From Octopus vulgaris (Eukaryota): a stretch of DNA of 64,000 bases. The DNA is taken from the NCBI GenBank assembly GCA_951406725.2, contig OX597820.1, positions 48,050,001-48,114,000 on the forward strand, in the 5' to 3' direction. The notes below the pieces were generated by a model. That model made no database searches. It was not told the DNA's origin and was given only the letters and a program-made list of their open reading frames with translations. Below, piece after piece: positions 53,471 through 64,000 of the stretch. The number at the start of each line of letters is the position of its first letter. Within the stretch, counting starts at the first letter, position 1. A program made the position numbers and the translations under genes.

Positions 53471-54789
53471 CATAAAAGTATTTATGGCAAATTATTTCAA
53501 ATATGTAAGATAACATTTTTAAGATGAATATCTCCAAATTGAATGTTTTCTCTTTGCGATTACCGTCATGTCTTTTTCTGTAGGCCCCTGCCTCTCCCTC
53601 TCACCCCCTCTCTCTCTGTCTCTGTCTGTCTGTCTCTCTCTGGAATATATGTATTGTGTGGTGTGTGAATATGACTGTGCTATTATGTTTCAAGAATGCA
53701 TGCGGTGTGTGTGCGTGTGGTGTGTGTGTGTTTGTTTGTTTGTTTGTGTGTCTATGTGTGCGTGCATGCGTGCGCGTATGTGTGTATAAACTCGATTAAC
53801 ACTGAATGCTTTGTGTATAAATTTTGTTGTAGCTTTGTCCATTTTGAATGCAATATTGGGTCCTACTTCATCTTTCCTCTATCCCACCTCTCTCTTCCTC
53901 TGTTTTTTTTCTTTCTCTTTCACTTTCCTGTCTGCGTATCTTTTCTTTTTCTTTTTTCTGTCTGCTTGTCTGTCCGTCACTGACTACTGAAACTGAAGGA
54001 AGTGACCTGATCAATAATCAACTACAACGGCTCCCACACACTATAATAATCTCCAAGTTCACTGAAGTGAAATCAAAAGAGGGTTTACGTTCAGAAAATC
54101 AATTTATTATCGATGATAACCTATTTTAAGTAATAAAAATGATGTATAGTATTTGAAATCTCATTAAAGAATCGTTTTCTTTTTCCTGGCGGCATCCAAA
54201 TACGATAGGTGAACGTGTCGACTGCTAGCATCGTCAATAGTTAGAAATCAAAGGGAAATAATTTAATATACGTTGTCGTTGATAATGAGTAACGTTGACA
54301 AAGATAAAACGCGTATCCCCCAAATCTTATCTCACATTATTTTCTAACAAAATCGAATATTTATCAGTTATAAACTTAAAAGATCGCTGATACAAAAAGT
54401 ATCGATAAATGTTTGATTTCTTGAATGTAAACAGAAACGTCATACTTTTTTTTATTTACCACAATTACCTCCGAGATTGCAAAATAAGCGTAATCTTCCA
54501 GTAAACACTTTTGTATTTTAAAACAAAATAATTTGTCTTTCATATTTATAGTTTAATGATTTCTGAATAGAAAATAAATATTATAGGATTGGAATTGGCG
54601 GGTAAAAAGGCTTTATTCAGAATTTATATAAAAACTAATACCCGGCAAGGCGTAGTGTATTTAACAAGAAAATTCAGAGAACCAAGATCAGAGACAAAAA
54701 TAAGATAAGGCAAGATTACCCTATCTAATACAACAGAGATAAATAACAAGATGATAAAGCACATTTTAACTGAAAGTATTAGTTCCAAT

Positions 54790-55010
54790 TTTTTGCACAA
54801 GACCAACAATTTTGGTGGAAGGTGTAATCCATTACATCCAGCCCAGTACACAACTGGTCCTTACGACGAGTATATTACGTATATTATCGATAAAAAAGCA
54901 TAAAAGGCAAAGTCAACCTCGGCGGAATTTGAACTCAGACCGTAACGGCAGAGGAAATAACGATAAGCATTTCGCCCAGCGTTCTAACGTTTCTGCCATC
55001 TCGACGCCTT
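54790..55010 (-). mobile_element. SINE family B
   Basis: AAAGGCAAAGTCAACCTCGGCGGAATTTGAACTCAGA...TCTAACGTTTCTGCCA is the reverse complement of the family B head and core. Confidence 0.8.
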
Positions 55011-55305
55011 GCCCATATATTAAAATAGAAATGTGTATGCTTAAGTCTTAATTCACTTTGCTCGTCAACATTAAGCTTACTTCTTTGCTTAAATATCAGC
55101 ATAATTATATAGATAAATCCAGCGTTACCCATGTACAAAATTCCAAAAATGTTTCAGCAACTGCCCTAAGATTTTGATATTTGCCTCCAATGATTCCATT
55201 GTTCCAAAAGTCACTAAAAGCATTTATATTTGACAATTCTTTGCCCTTTTATTTAACTTTATCTTACTTAATCTCCACGAAGTTACTTTCAATATTTGTA
55301 TGTCT

Positions 55306-55725
55306 TAAGGTAGTGGGCTGGTAGAATCGTTAGCCGGAGAGGCAAAATGCTTAGCTGTATTTCGCCCATCTTTACGTTCTGAGTTCAAATTTCGCCGACG
55401 TCGACTTTGCCTTTCATCCCTTTCAGGGTCAAGAAAGTACCAGCTTAACATCGGGGTCTATGTAATCGATTAGCCCCGCCCCTCGAGCTTGGCCAGGATG
55501 GCCAGGTACAAAACTTTGAAACCAATATTTATGTTTTATTTCAATAGAATGGGAGGCAGTGTGCTGGCAGAATTATTAGTGATATTTATATACGAAGATC
55601 AAATTACTCTGAGGTCGGATTAGACTTTTATCTGCTTGGGGTCGATATAAAATAAGTGCCAGTTGAGAACTGACGACGATGAAATTGATTTACCCGCTCC
55701 ACCAAAATTGCTGGCCTTGTACTAA
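55306..55725 (+). mobile_element. Two SINE family B copies nested in the hAT relic
   Basis: Heads TAAGGTAGTGGGCTGGTAGAATCGTTAG (55306) and GAGGCAGTGTGCTGGCAGAATTATTAG (55553), each with the core. Confidence 0.75.
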
Positions 55726-56304
55726 TTCTGAATGGACTCCAAACAAATTTTCAACTTTTACTTTAAGATTTGAAGGAAGTTTGATAGTTGCGTTAACCTT
55801 TTTTTTTTTTCATTTTTCCTCAATACTTTGATCTACATTCTGTCCCAGTTTTGAAAATTTCGAGGAATATAGAAAATTACCCCGACATGAGAGTGGTTTA
55901 TATAATTCAATATTTACTTGACATCCTAAATAAATTCTTAAAATTTAATTATTCTAATATCAGTACTCTGTATTCACTTCTACAATCCTTTATATATGCA
56001 TAATAGTTCAGTTAAATAAAACAGCTTATTTATACGTTGCTGCAGTTCCTTATCTGGGGAAAGACCAACATCCAGTCAAAACCTTCAGTATCCTAAGCTA
56101 CTCCGTTAAGGTAATCACCTTACTCCAGTATGTAAAAGGAGCTGTTTAACTCTATTTTCATCCGTCGAGAACTCAGTGAGTTTGTTTTAAAATATGATGC
56201 ATATTTTCAGAGCATCCTTTAGTGATACACTAAATCTTTTGTCCTAAGATAGTATGCATTAGTAATATTTTCCTTTAATTCAGTCGAAATAAAGTCAAAC
56301 TTCG

Positions 56305-57360
56305 CTCTATCACCCAGACTGTTGACAATGCATTTCCATCTGGTCACAATGCATTTCCATCGTTTCCTTGATTACTCCCTTCTTTTCTGTTTAAACCTTT
56401 TTTCGTTACCATCTCATCTCTTAGTTATATTAGATTGCTCAGAAGTTTTTACTGATCTTTTGACTAGCACTCCATAAAGCTACAGGTCCATCAGCTGCCC
56501 CTGAGCCTTGTGACAAGTCCTGCTCAGTGGAATTTCCGTTTCCGGTATTCTTAGTTCATAGTGTTCCCCCCGCTCCATTCTCGCATTTCTTTATTTTGGA
56601 TCGGTAATATTCCCGACATATAGTTTCATTGCATCTCATCACTACTCGGTCGTGCGCTCCGTTTTCGAATACTATGTATTTTGTTTTCATTCAGTTTCTT
56701 TTAAGACCAACTACTGACTGATGCTTGCCCAGGTCTGCCAACAGAATCTGCAGCTGATCTGAGGTTTCTGTCAAGCGCATGTAATCTCTGAAAATTATAG
56801 GTATGCTAATAGCGCGTCGTTGGATTTGACGCCATATTTCCAATCAATGTCTCCGATGACCATTTCGAGGTACGCAGGATAGAGTTTTAGACGGATAGTA
56901 TATCCTTGTTTAACTCCCTCCTCGACTGGAACCCTTAACAATATTTGCTATTTCACTTCTCATTCCATATAGTTTTTCAAAAAGAACTAGCGTGATATTA
57001 TTGAGAGAAGTATATTTTCTCACCAACAATGCATATTCTACTGGAACTACAAAAATGTACATTGGCAGTGGAGATATTAGAACTTCGAAACGCTTCTTCG
57101 TCTAGCGGAATAAAAAATGAATGCTGTTTTCATCGCATTGAAAATCTTGTGCAGTCTCCATCAGTGCGACGTTGTACAATATTCTTACATAATGGAACAA
57201 ACTTAGATATATGTTCAGTGTCCTTCGTCAATACGGTTTCTACAACTTTCTTTAGGACTTGTAAAATAATATCCTCACCAACTGTATGGGATATTTCTTG
57301 TTAAAGGATACATTATAAAGAGGCCTTAATTTCCCCTTCCAATGACAGCATGAGAACTTG
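56305..57360 (-). mobile_element. RTE-clade LINE fragment (RT plus 3' end)
   Basis: VPVEEGVKQGYTIRLKLYPAYLEMVIGDIDWKYGVKSNDALLAYL*F, QLQILLADLGKHQSVVGLKRN*MKTKYI and RKRKFH*AGLVTR...WT match RTE motifs GVRQGDTISPKLF, VGLKMNxxKTK and KWxWAGHVxR. Confidence 0.75.
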
Positions 57361-58476
57361 AAATGACAGTAACGTTGGATGCTTTCCAAACAATTCTTTC
57401 AAATGGAAGATCTTTGTTTTCCTTATCTAAGTGTATTCACTCAATGTGGTCTTTCATATTCGAAAACATTATTGCAACATCTCTAAATGTCTTTTCAAAT
57501 AGCGAACGCATAGATCTTGTCTCATTAGCGATCGAAAGAATAAAGACAAATTTCATTCATGTGAATGTTGAAGAGATTTTTCTTCTTGGCAACGATGTCT
57601 GACATGATGTGAAATTAATGAGCTACAATATAAATCCCAAATCTCTGTAATATGAAAGAACGCAATAACACATAAAACTACTTATTTAAGTTAGAAATAT
57701 ATTAAAATTATGAAAAAAGAAAACTCAAATTATATTACAAAATATCACAAATTTAGATATTTTCAATTTATTTAACATCCGAGTCGCCCATTTGCACAAT
57801 AAAACAAAATAACACAAGCACGCAAACACGCAAGCACATACACACTCATACACTAAATTATGCACACACCTGACGCCTATATATTCACAGCTCCCCACCC
57901 GTAGAATCTCTTCCTAATGAGATCCCCACCAATCATTGTCTCTCTAACTGCAGTATCGTACTGCCATAAATAAATCTGAACAGAACTGAATAATTCACCT
58001 TCATCCTGATACCGCTTACCCATCTTAGTACCTGGAACCACTTCTCTCTTACCTATGTTTCGTTCTCAGAAGCGTCTCTTGCAACACATTATATTCTGAG
58101 TTCAAATGCCAGTGAGATTAACTTCGGCTTTGATAATTTAGGGGTCCACAGATTAGGGTACTAGATAAACAATCTGGTCGATGTAATTGACTTGCTCCTT
58201 CTACTCAAAACTACTGATCTTGTGCTAGAATTAAAAAGACCTATAAAGATGGTCATCATGCAAAATTGCCCGCACATCGGGAAAAATGCTCAGCGGCGCT
58301 TCACCCCGCTCTTTATGATCTGGGTAAAAAAATTTGCCATACACCCTTTTGGAAATAGCGAAAATAAATACCCGTTGAGAACTTGGATTGGTGCAATCAA
58401 CTTTCCGTTGCTTTCGAAAACTGCTGGCCCAGTGACAAATATAGTAAGAATTATTATTATTATCATCATCGTCATT

Positions 58477-58601
<125 letters not shown>

Positions 58602-58607
58602 CATCAT

Positions 58608-59130
58608 TCAGTGAGAGTGCAGTGCATGCTATCAAAGTGACACTGGTGTAAAATATACGAAGCCCAGTATACCCATCATGACTACCCGTCTGATAAGGGT
58701 ACACAGGCACATGCATCACAACCATATGTGTGCGACATGGTGATCTCATATCAAGATAAACAGCGCATAACCTTGCAGGTGGGGTCCCAGGTAGAATTTT
58801 CTTCTGGTCGAGTAGCCCATCTCGATCAAATGGTCCCCGAATAAGGGTTGTCTAAGGATGTTGAACGAAACAACCGTGTTTCCAGAGGTGAATTATTCAA
58901 ACCCCAAAGAATCGTTCTCAACACAGTGCTCTCCCATTACTTCTGCTTGTGATCAGAGAAGCACATATCGTCAGCCACTAAGGGACATGCTCAACTGGTT
59001 AAGGTCAATCAACTGGCAAGCAAATTTGTGGTATTGAGCAGAATATTTACTGTAGCCCATCTTTTATACCAAGACAAAACAATGTGCATGATAAAATTCC
59101 AATCAGTTAAGATCGGAAGCCATGAGAGCC
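58608..59130 (-). mobile_element. Unclassified ~520-bp non-coding insertion in a (TAA)n tract
   Basis: Complex sequence with sharp borders against (ATT)n on both sides; no convincing ORF. Orientation is inferred from a (TGA/TAA)n tail. Confidence 0.5.
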
Positions 59131-59142
59131 TATTATTATTGA

Positions 59143-59358
<216 letters not shown>

Positions 59359-59380
59359 CATTATTATTATTATTATTAAT

Positions 59381-59727
59381 ATTTTCGTTTGGTTCAGGTT
59401 CGGTCTCATTCCTGGTAGGATTTATGTGGGTAGCGAGCTATTACCTGTAACCTTAGGTATCCACAAGTTTTCAGCAGTCTTTCAAGTTCTTAGAACCCTG
59501 CTGATAATCCCTGATGTCCCTAAGCGACAACCTTTCTTTAGGAGCTCTACCGGGTATTCTATTCCAATCTCCTTCAGTAATTTGTCTATATTTTTGTTTA
59601 CTGTTCCCAACGCAACAATTACTATAGGCACGACCTTTACTGATCTCATGCTCCAATTTTTTTCTATTTCAAATTTTAAGGGATTGTATCTACTTTCTTT
59701 TTCGCCCTCTTTCTTTTCGACCCTTAT
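59381..59727 (-). mobile_element. 5'-truncated R4/Dong-like retrotransposon 3' end (RLE endonuclease C-terminus plus 3' UTR) inserted in (TAA)n
   Basis: RVEKKEGEKESRYNPLKFEIEKNWSMRSVKVVPIVIVALGTV...LLKKGCRLGTSGIISRVLRT* matches the KExEKxxKYxxL..EI...W....VVPVVIGALG...LQK..LLGT..I.R.VL pattern. About 100-bp 3' UTR, then (TAA)n. Confidence 0.85.
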
Positions 59728-59728
59728 A

Positions 59729-59861
<133 letters not shown>

Positions 59862-60278
59862 TTCTGCTCTTTCCCAAACCATTTCCATTTCTTAACTGTC
59901 AATCATCTTCTCCCCCCCTTACCTCCACAACTCACGTATCATCGGCTACCCCTCAACTCTACATAATTTCTAAAAATGTCATCTAGCCTTCCCTCTTCAT
60001 TACTTTTATAAACGCCCATCTCTTGTCGCCTGTTCTTCAGAATATTCACCATCTCAAACATGCTTCAACTCTAACCATTTCTCGCTCGTCCCTACACTCT
60101 TGTAGACTAGCCATCCACACTTCCTGCTCTGATCCCACTCACTTTTATAAACCGATTTTATACAGTCCTCTTGATACAGTTTTATAAACCGATTTTATAC
60201 AATCCTCTTGATACAGTTTCACTGCTATTTACATCTCTTTCTAATTTCTCTCCCATTACTCCTACTCTCGCTTTTATA

Positions 60279-60598
60279 CAGTGAATGGCTTTTGTGGTTC
60301 TCCTACGGCAATTAAGCGATACTGTTTTGGCCCCTTCTCTCTTATGTTAACACTCCCATTCCCTAACATCAGGTTACATACTCTTCTATTGTAGCTGTAA
60401 ACAATCAAAGTGAGCCTTAGTCTTGCTGAGCGCATGGCAACATCATCACTGCTGGTGGTGCAAATAAAGGAATTAGCATACGCCCGTAGAGTCGGTAGCG
60501 TGAGCAAGAGCACGAGCCGCATGACAAAACATTTTGGAGCACGACTCACACTTCCAAATCATTGTACACTGAAAAACTGCCCAATTCAGGCCAGCACT
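60279..60598. mobile_element. Possible hAT-type MITE
   Basis: Termini CAGTGAATGGC ... GGCCAGCACTG are imperfectly inverted; no TSD seen. Confidence 0.4.
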
Positions 60599-60737
60599 GA
60601 ATGTGTGCGTTAAATGATTATGTATGTATGTATGTATTTCTGTATGTATGTATGTATGTATGCATGCATATATGTAAGTATCTGTGGACACATATATATG
60701 TACACATATACATACATATATATGTATATAAATATAT

Positions 60738-60906
60738 AAAAAATTTATTTCGTGATGAAATAAAAAATACCAAGGCAGTGTAGATTTTAAAATATTTATA
60801 GATAGAAGGTCTTACAGCTGTTTCCAGGATATTTCTATCTATCTATAAACGTTCTAAAATATACACCCTTGGTTTTTTCTTATCTCATTTCGAAATAAAT
60901 TTTTTA
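60738..60906. repeat. Inverted repeat with half-hammerhead (GAAACAGCTGTA on the minus strand) in the loop
   Basis: Arms at about 60738-60807 and 60835-60906; CTTACAGCTGTTTC at 60810-60824. Confidence 0.6.
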
Positions 60907-61078
60907 TATACACACGCTGACATATGATCAACGTTGAACCCCTTATTCGCATAATCCCCGAATCTGGAATTTAACTGCGGTCCATCTATAGCACTTATTC
61001 AGCATTACCCGACACCTTTGGGTCTCAATGACACCACTACCTCTCATAACCTGTATATTGATATATAAATAAATACAT

Positions 61079-61113
<35 letters not shown>

Positions 61114-61679
61114 ATACATATGTATGTATTTATATATGTATGTATGTATTTCTATGCTTGGGTGACAAGCGTAATTTAGCAATTTTACAAACATAGAATT
61201 ATAAAGTAAGTACTTGAATGAAGCAATTACTGGCGCTATGCGACCGGCTAATACAACTAAATAGGCGTTGAAGCATGGCCGCAGTCCAATAACTGAAACC
61301 TGTAAAACTGTAAACTCATATAATGCATCTATCTATCTATTTATCTATCTATCTATACATCACTTTATTGTAGGCATTAAGAGCATCCTCTTATGGGCCC
61401 ATAGCAACCTTGACATTTTTTCCCAGTGAAAGTCTTATCCAGAACACATCAGCTCATCACAACACATGTAATCATTTAGGGTGGTATAAATGGAATGTAT
61501 GTACATACATGCATACATATATATATATATATAAATATATACATGTGTGTGTGTGGGGGGATGTACTTATTCATACATATATATCACGTAATCGATCAAT
61601 CTATGGCATTTTGTTATACATTGCTAGTCACAATGCGTTTGCCATCATGTTTCACTTTCGAATGATGTCACTATAATAG

Positions 61680-61865
61680 CTAGGCGAGCAGGCCAACATT
61701 CTCCCGGCTTGGAAAGCTAATCCCTCGCATGGTTACCCATTTACATCTGACTGGACTGGAAGCAACGTGAAATGAGGTGTCTTCCTCAAGAACACAACGC
61801 GCCGCTCGGTTCAGGATACGAACCCACGATCTAGTGATTGCGAACTCAGCACCATAACCACTACA
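61680..61865 (-). mobile_element. tRNA-derived SINE
   Basis: Minus-strand head GTGTAGTGGTTATGGTGCTGAG...GTGGGTTCGTATCCTG (A/B boxes), then TGTGTTCTTGAGGAAGACAC. Confidence 0.75.
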
Positions 61866-61875
61866 CTGTATATAT

Positions 61876-62941
61876 TCAAAGATTGGACAAAATAATTGGA
61901 ACACATGTTAAATTCAATGAATATCTATTCAATATGGAGCTGCTCCTCCTTTAGCTTTCTCAACAGCGTCGTGCGTCTAGGAATTGATTCATACAGGTTC
62001 CTGATTTCATTGAGAGTAATCTCAAACCATAATTCCTGCAAAACTCGCTCCAACTGTTGCAGACACGACAGTGGAGGGTAACGACTTCTAACTTGTCGCT
62101 CCAAGATGCACCACAGATGCTCAATAATATTAAGATCTGGAGATTGAAGTGGGCCACTCCGCGTGTTGTAGCTCACTACTATGCCCTTCATGAAAATACT
62201 TAACTACACGAGAAGTGTGTGTTGTAATCTTGCAAGCTGCACTCACCACCAGGGAATAATGTCTGGAACCTTGGAAGTATTTGATATTTCCAAGATATTC
62301 GGATAATAATTGCTGATGATTAGACTATGCAGGGCAACGATTGGACCAAAGGAATTCTAAGAAATGGTTGCCCAAACCATCACAGGCCCTCCTCCATGCT
62401 TCATTGTAGGAAGTAGGCAGTCAAGATTAAAAGCATCCCCAGGATATCTCCACACAGAAACTCGCCCTACAGTGGTGAAAAGAGAAAAAACTGGACTTGT
62501 CGGAGAATATTATTTGCTTCCATTGATCTGTCGATCAGCGTTTATGATCTCTACCCCAGTTTTCTGAATGTTCTGATGGGAAAGCAGAGGTTCCTTCTAT
62601 AGTATCCGGCTTTATTGAGCTGACGGCAAACAGTTTTGGTCGAAACTAGGCTGGTCAGATGTTGATTCAATTCTGTAGTCATTTTAGGTGCAGTTGTCCG
62701 GTGATTTTTCGTTTTCCGAGTGCGAGTCAACACCCTTCGGTCTCTTTCAGTGAGCTTCGGAGTCCTGGCGGACAAACTCCTCCCGCTGGAGGTGTTGCCA
62801 TGCTTCTCAAATTCATTCAGTCATGGTCCATGATATGGTATGTCTTAAAAAACCAACGAGTTCAGCTGTTCTGGTGTCGGAAGCTCCTGCCATTCGAGCT
62901 CCAACAGGTTGTCGTTTTTCGAACTCAGTGAGATTAGGCAT
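61876..62941 (-). pseudogene. Decayed Tc1-family transposase with 3' TIR remnant
   Basis: MPNLTEFEKRQPVGARMAGAS..TAEL from 62941; KLTERDRRVL...VSTKTVCRQL; GGGPVMVWA; LQSPDLNIIEHLWCILER...LYESIPRR. TIR-like TTGGACAAAATAATTGGAACAC at about 61883-61904. Confidence 0.85.
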
Positions 62942-63147
62942 CTTAGCTTAATTTATACTGCGACCTGAAAAAGAGATAGAAACAATCATTAAATTAGATA
63001 AATAAAACCATCTACAATACCAAAAAAAAACAACAGCACTCACAATGGAATTTGGGTTGACATTCATAATATAATGGCTCACTGAAATTTCTACTGTTCC
63101 AGTTATTATTCCTGTGTTTGCAGATATTTATATTTAAGAAAGATAAA

Positions 63148-64000
63148 ATGCTTGACTTGTCTGATTTCCAAAAAGGAGACGTTATTGGAGAGCGAATGGC
63201 TGGTGCTTCATTCCTCAAAACTGCCGAATTACTTCGAGAGGTACAGATTCTGAAATCATGTTGCCATTCAGAAACGAAGGTAGGAACAGCCCTGGCTAGT
63301 ACAATTCGCGACGGAAGTCAAAGTTTACAGAGAGGGGCCGCGATATAAAGAAAATGTCGTGACTAAAATCCATCGATCAGCGCCAGCGCCAGTGACAGCA
63401 GGACCTAACTAGCAACCTGTCAACCTTGTGTTAACCCAAACCGTTCACCCTTGAGCTCCATACAACTGGATAACACGGGAGAAATGTAATTGTTAAATAT
63501 CTATTCCTCCATCAGCGTTGATAAGCGGGAAAAATGATGGCTATATTATAACAAGTGTTCTATGGTTTTATGCAATAATTTCATCACTAATAAATCCTCA
63601 TTGATTGTGTTTCCATTTTGAAATGAATGTATACCTTGAGACAGCATAAGGTAAATTGAAGCTTGAGTATTTGGCCCCTATCATGATGCACGAATGTGGC
63701 CGAGTAATGATATGAAATTATATCATGAAATTCTCTTCACTGTTTAATTTTTGTACATGGCGATGTTAATGTCGAGGATTATCTGAGTATTTTGATTGAT
63801 CATCTGGTAGAAAAAGTTTTCCGTGATAGCAATGCAGTCTTTCTCGATAGGAGCGCAGCCATCCAGGACGATAATACGCCGATTTACGCAATTAATCTTA
63901 TTCAAATTTAGCATGAAAAACACAGACGTTAAGATGTTCACGTAAGTTGGCACGCACAATCACCAGATTTCACTGAAATCGAACACTTATGATTAATTTT
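63148..64000 (+). pseudogene. Decayed Tc1-family transposase (runs off the window end)
   Basis: MLDLSDFQKGDVIGERMAGASFLKTAELL; IQDDNTPIY at about 63860; AQSPDFTEIEHL at 63954-63989. Confidence 0.8.

Larger units (their letters stand above)
55080..57605 (-). mobile_element. Decayed hAT (Charlie/Buster, ZBED/SCAND3-like) transposase, split by nested RTE and SINE insertions
   Basis: N-terminus from 57605: MSDIVAKKK..QHSHE/MKFVFILSIANETRSMRSLFEKTFRDVAIMFSNMKDHIE*IHLDKENKDLPF (BED-finger region). LLLHTGVR*L at about 56110-56140 (LLLHTEVRWL motif), NKLFYLTEL at about 56005-56030, FW...KYQNLRAVAETFL at about 55145-55215. Confidence 0.7.

Noticed and set aside
58608-59130. HDV-like or hammerhead ribozyme within the TAA-flanked insert
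   Set aside because: I could not assemble a nested double pseudoknot or a full hammerhead core by eye; CTGATAA at about 58690 has no matching GAAA and stems.

Overview
AT-rich, microsatellite-saturated eukaryotic DNA with no intact protein-coding gene that I can support. The SINE families and repeat landscape resemble an octopod cephalopod (Octopus) genome, but that is recalled, not searched. Almost all ORFs in the supplied track are microsatellite read-throughs. The window is a transposon graveyard: a near-complete IR/DR-type Tc1 (DD34E) element (2512-4170), mariner and Tc1 relics and MITEs, a hAT element with TIRs and an 8-bp TSD (32556-34004), a Charlie/Buster-type hAT with nested RTE and SINE insertions (about 55080-57605), R4/Dong-like non-LTR relics including one sitting in (TAA)n, CR1/L2-group and Penelope RT fragments, an ORF1-only element with short inverted termini (48385-50206), and many tRNA-derived SINEs. 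The most notable signal is about ten hammerhead-ribozyme motifs inside Penelope-type pseudo-LTR direct/inverted repeat structures. One has an intact type I core (15128-15230). Another (27755-27814) has all hammerhead core motifs and three stems in a non-circularly permuted order. All folds were made by eye and have not been tested.
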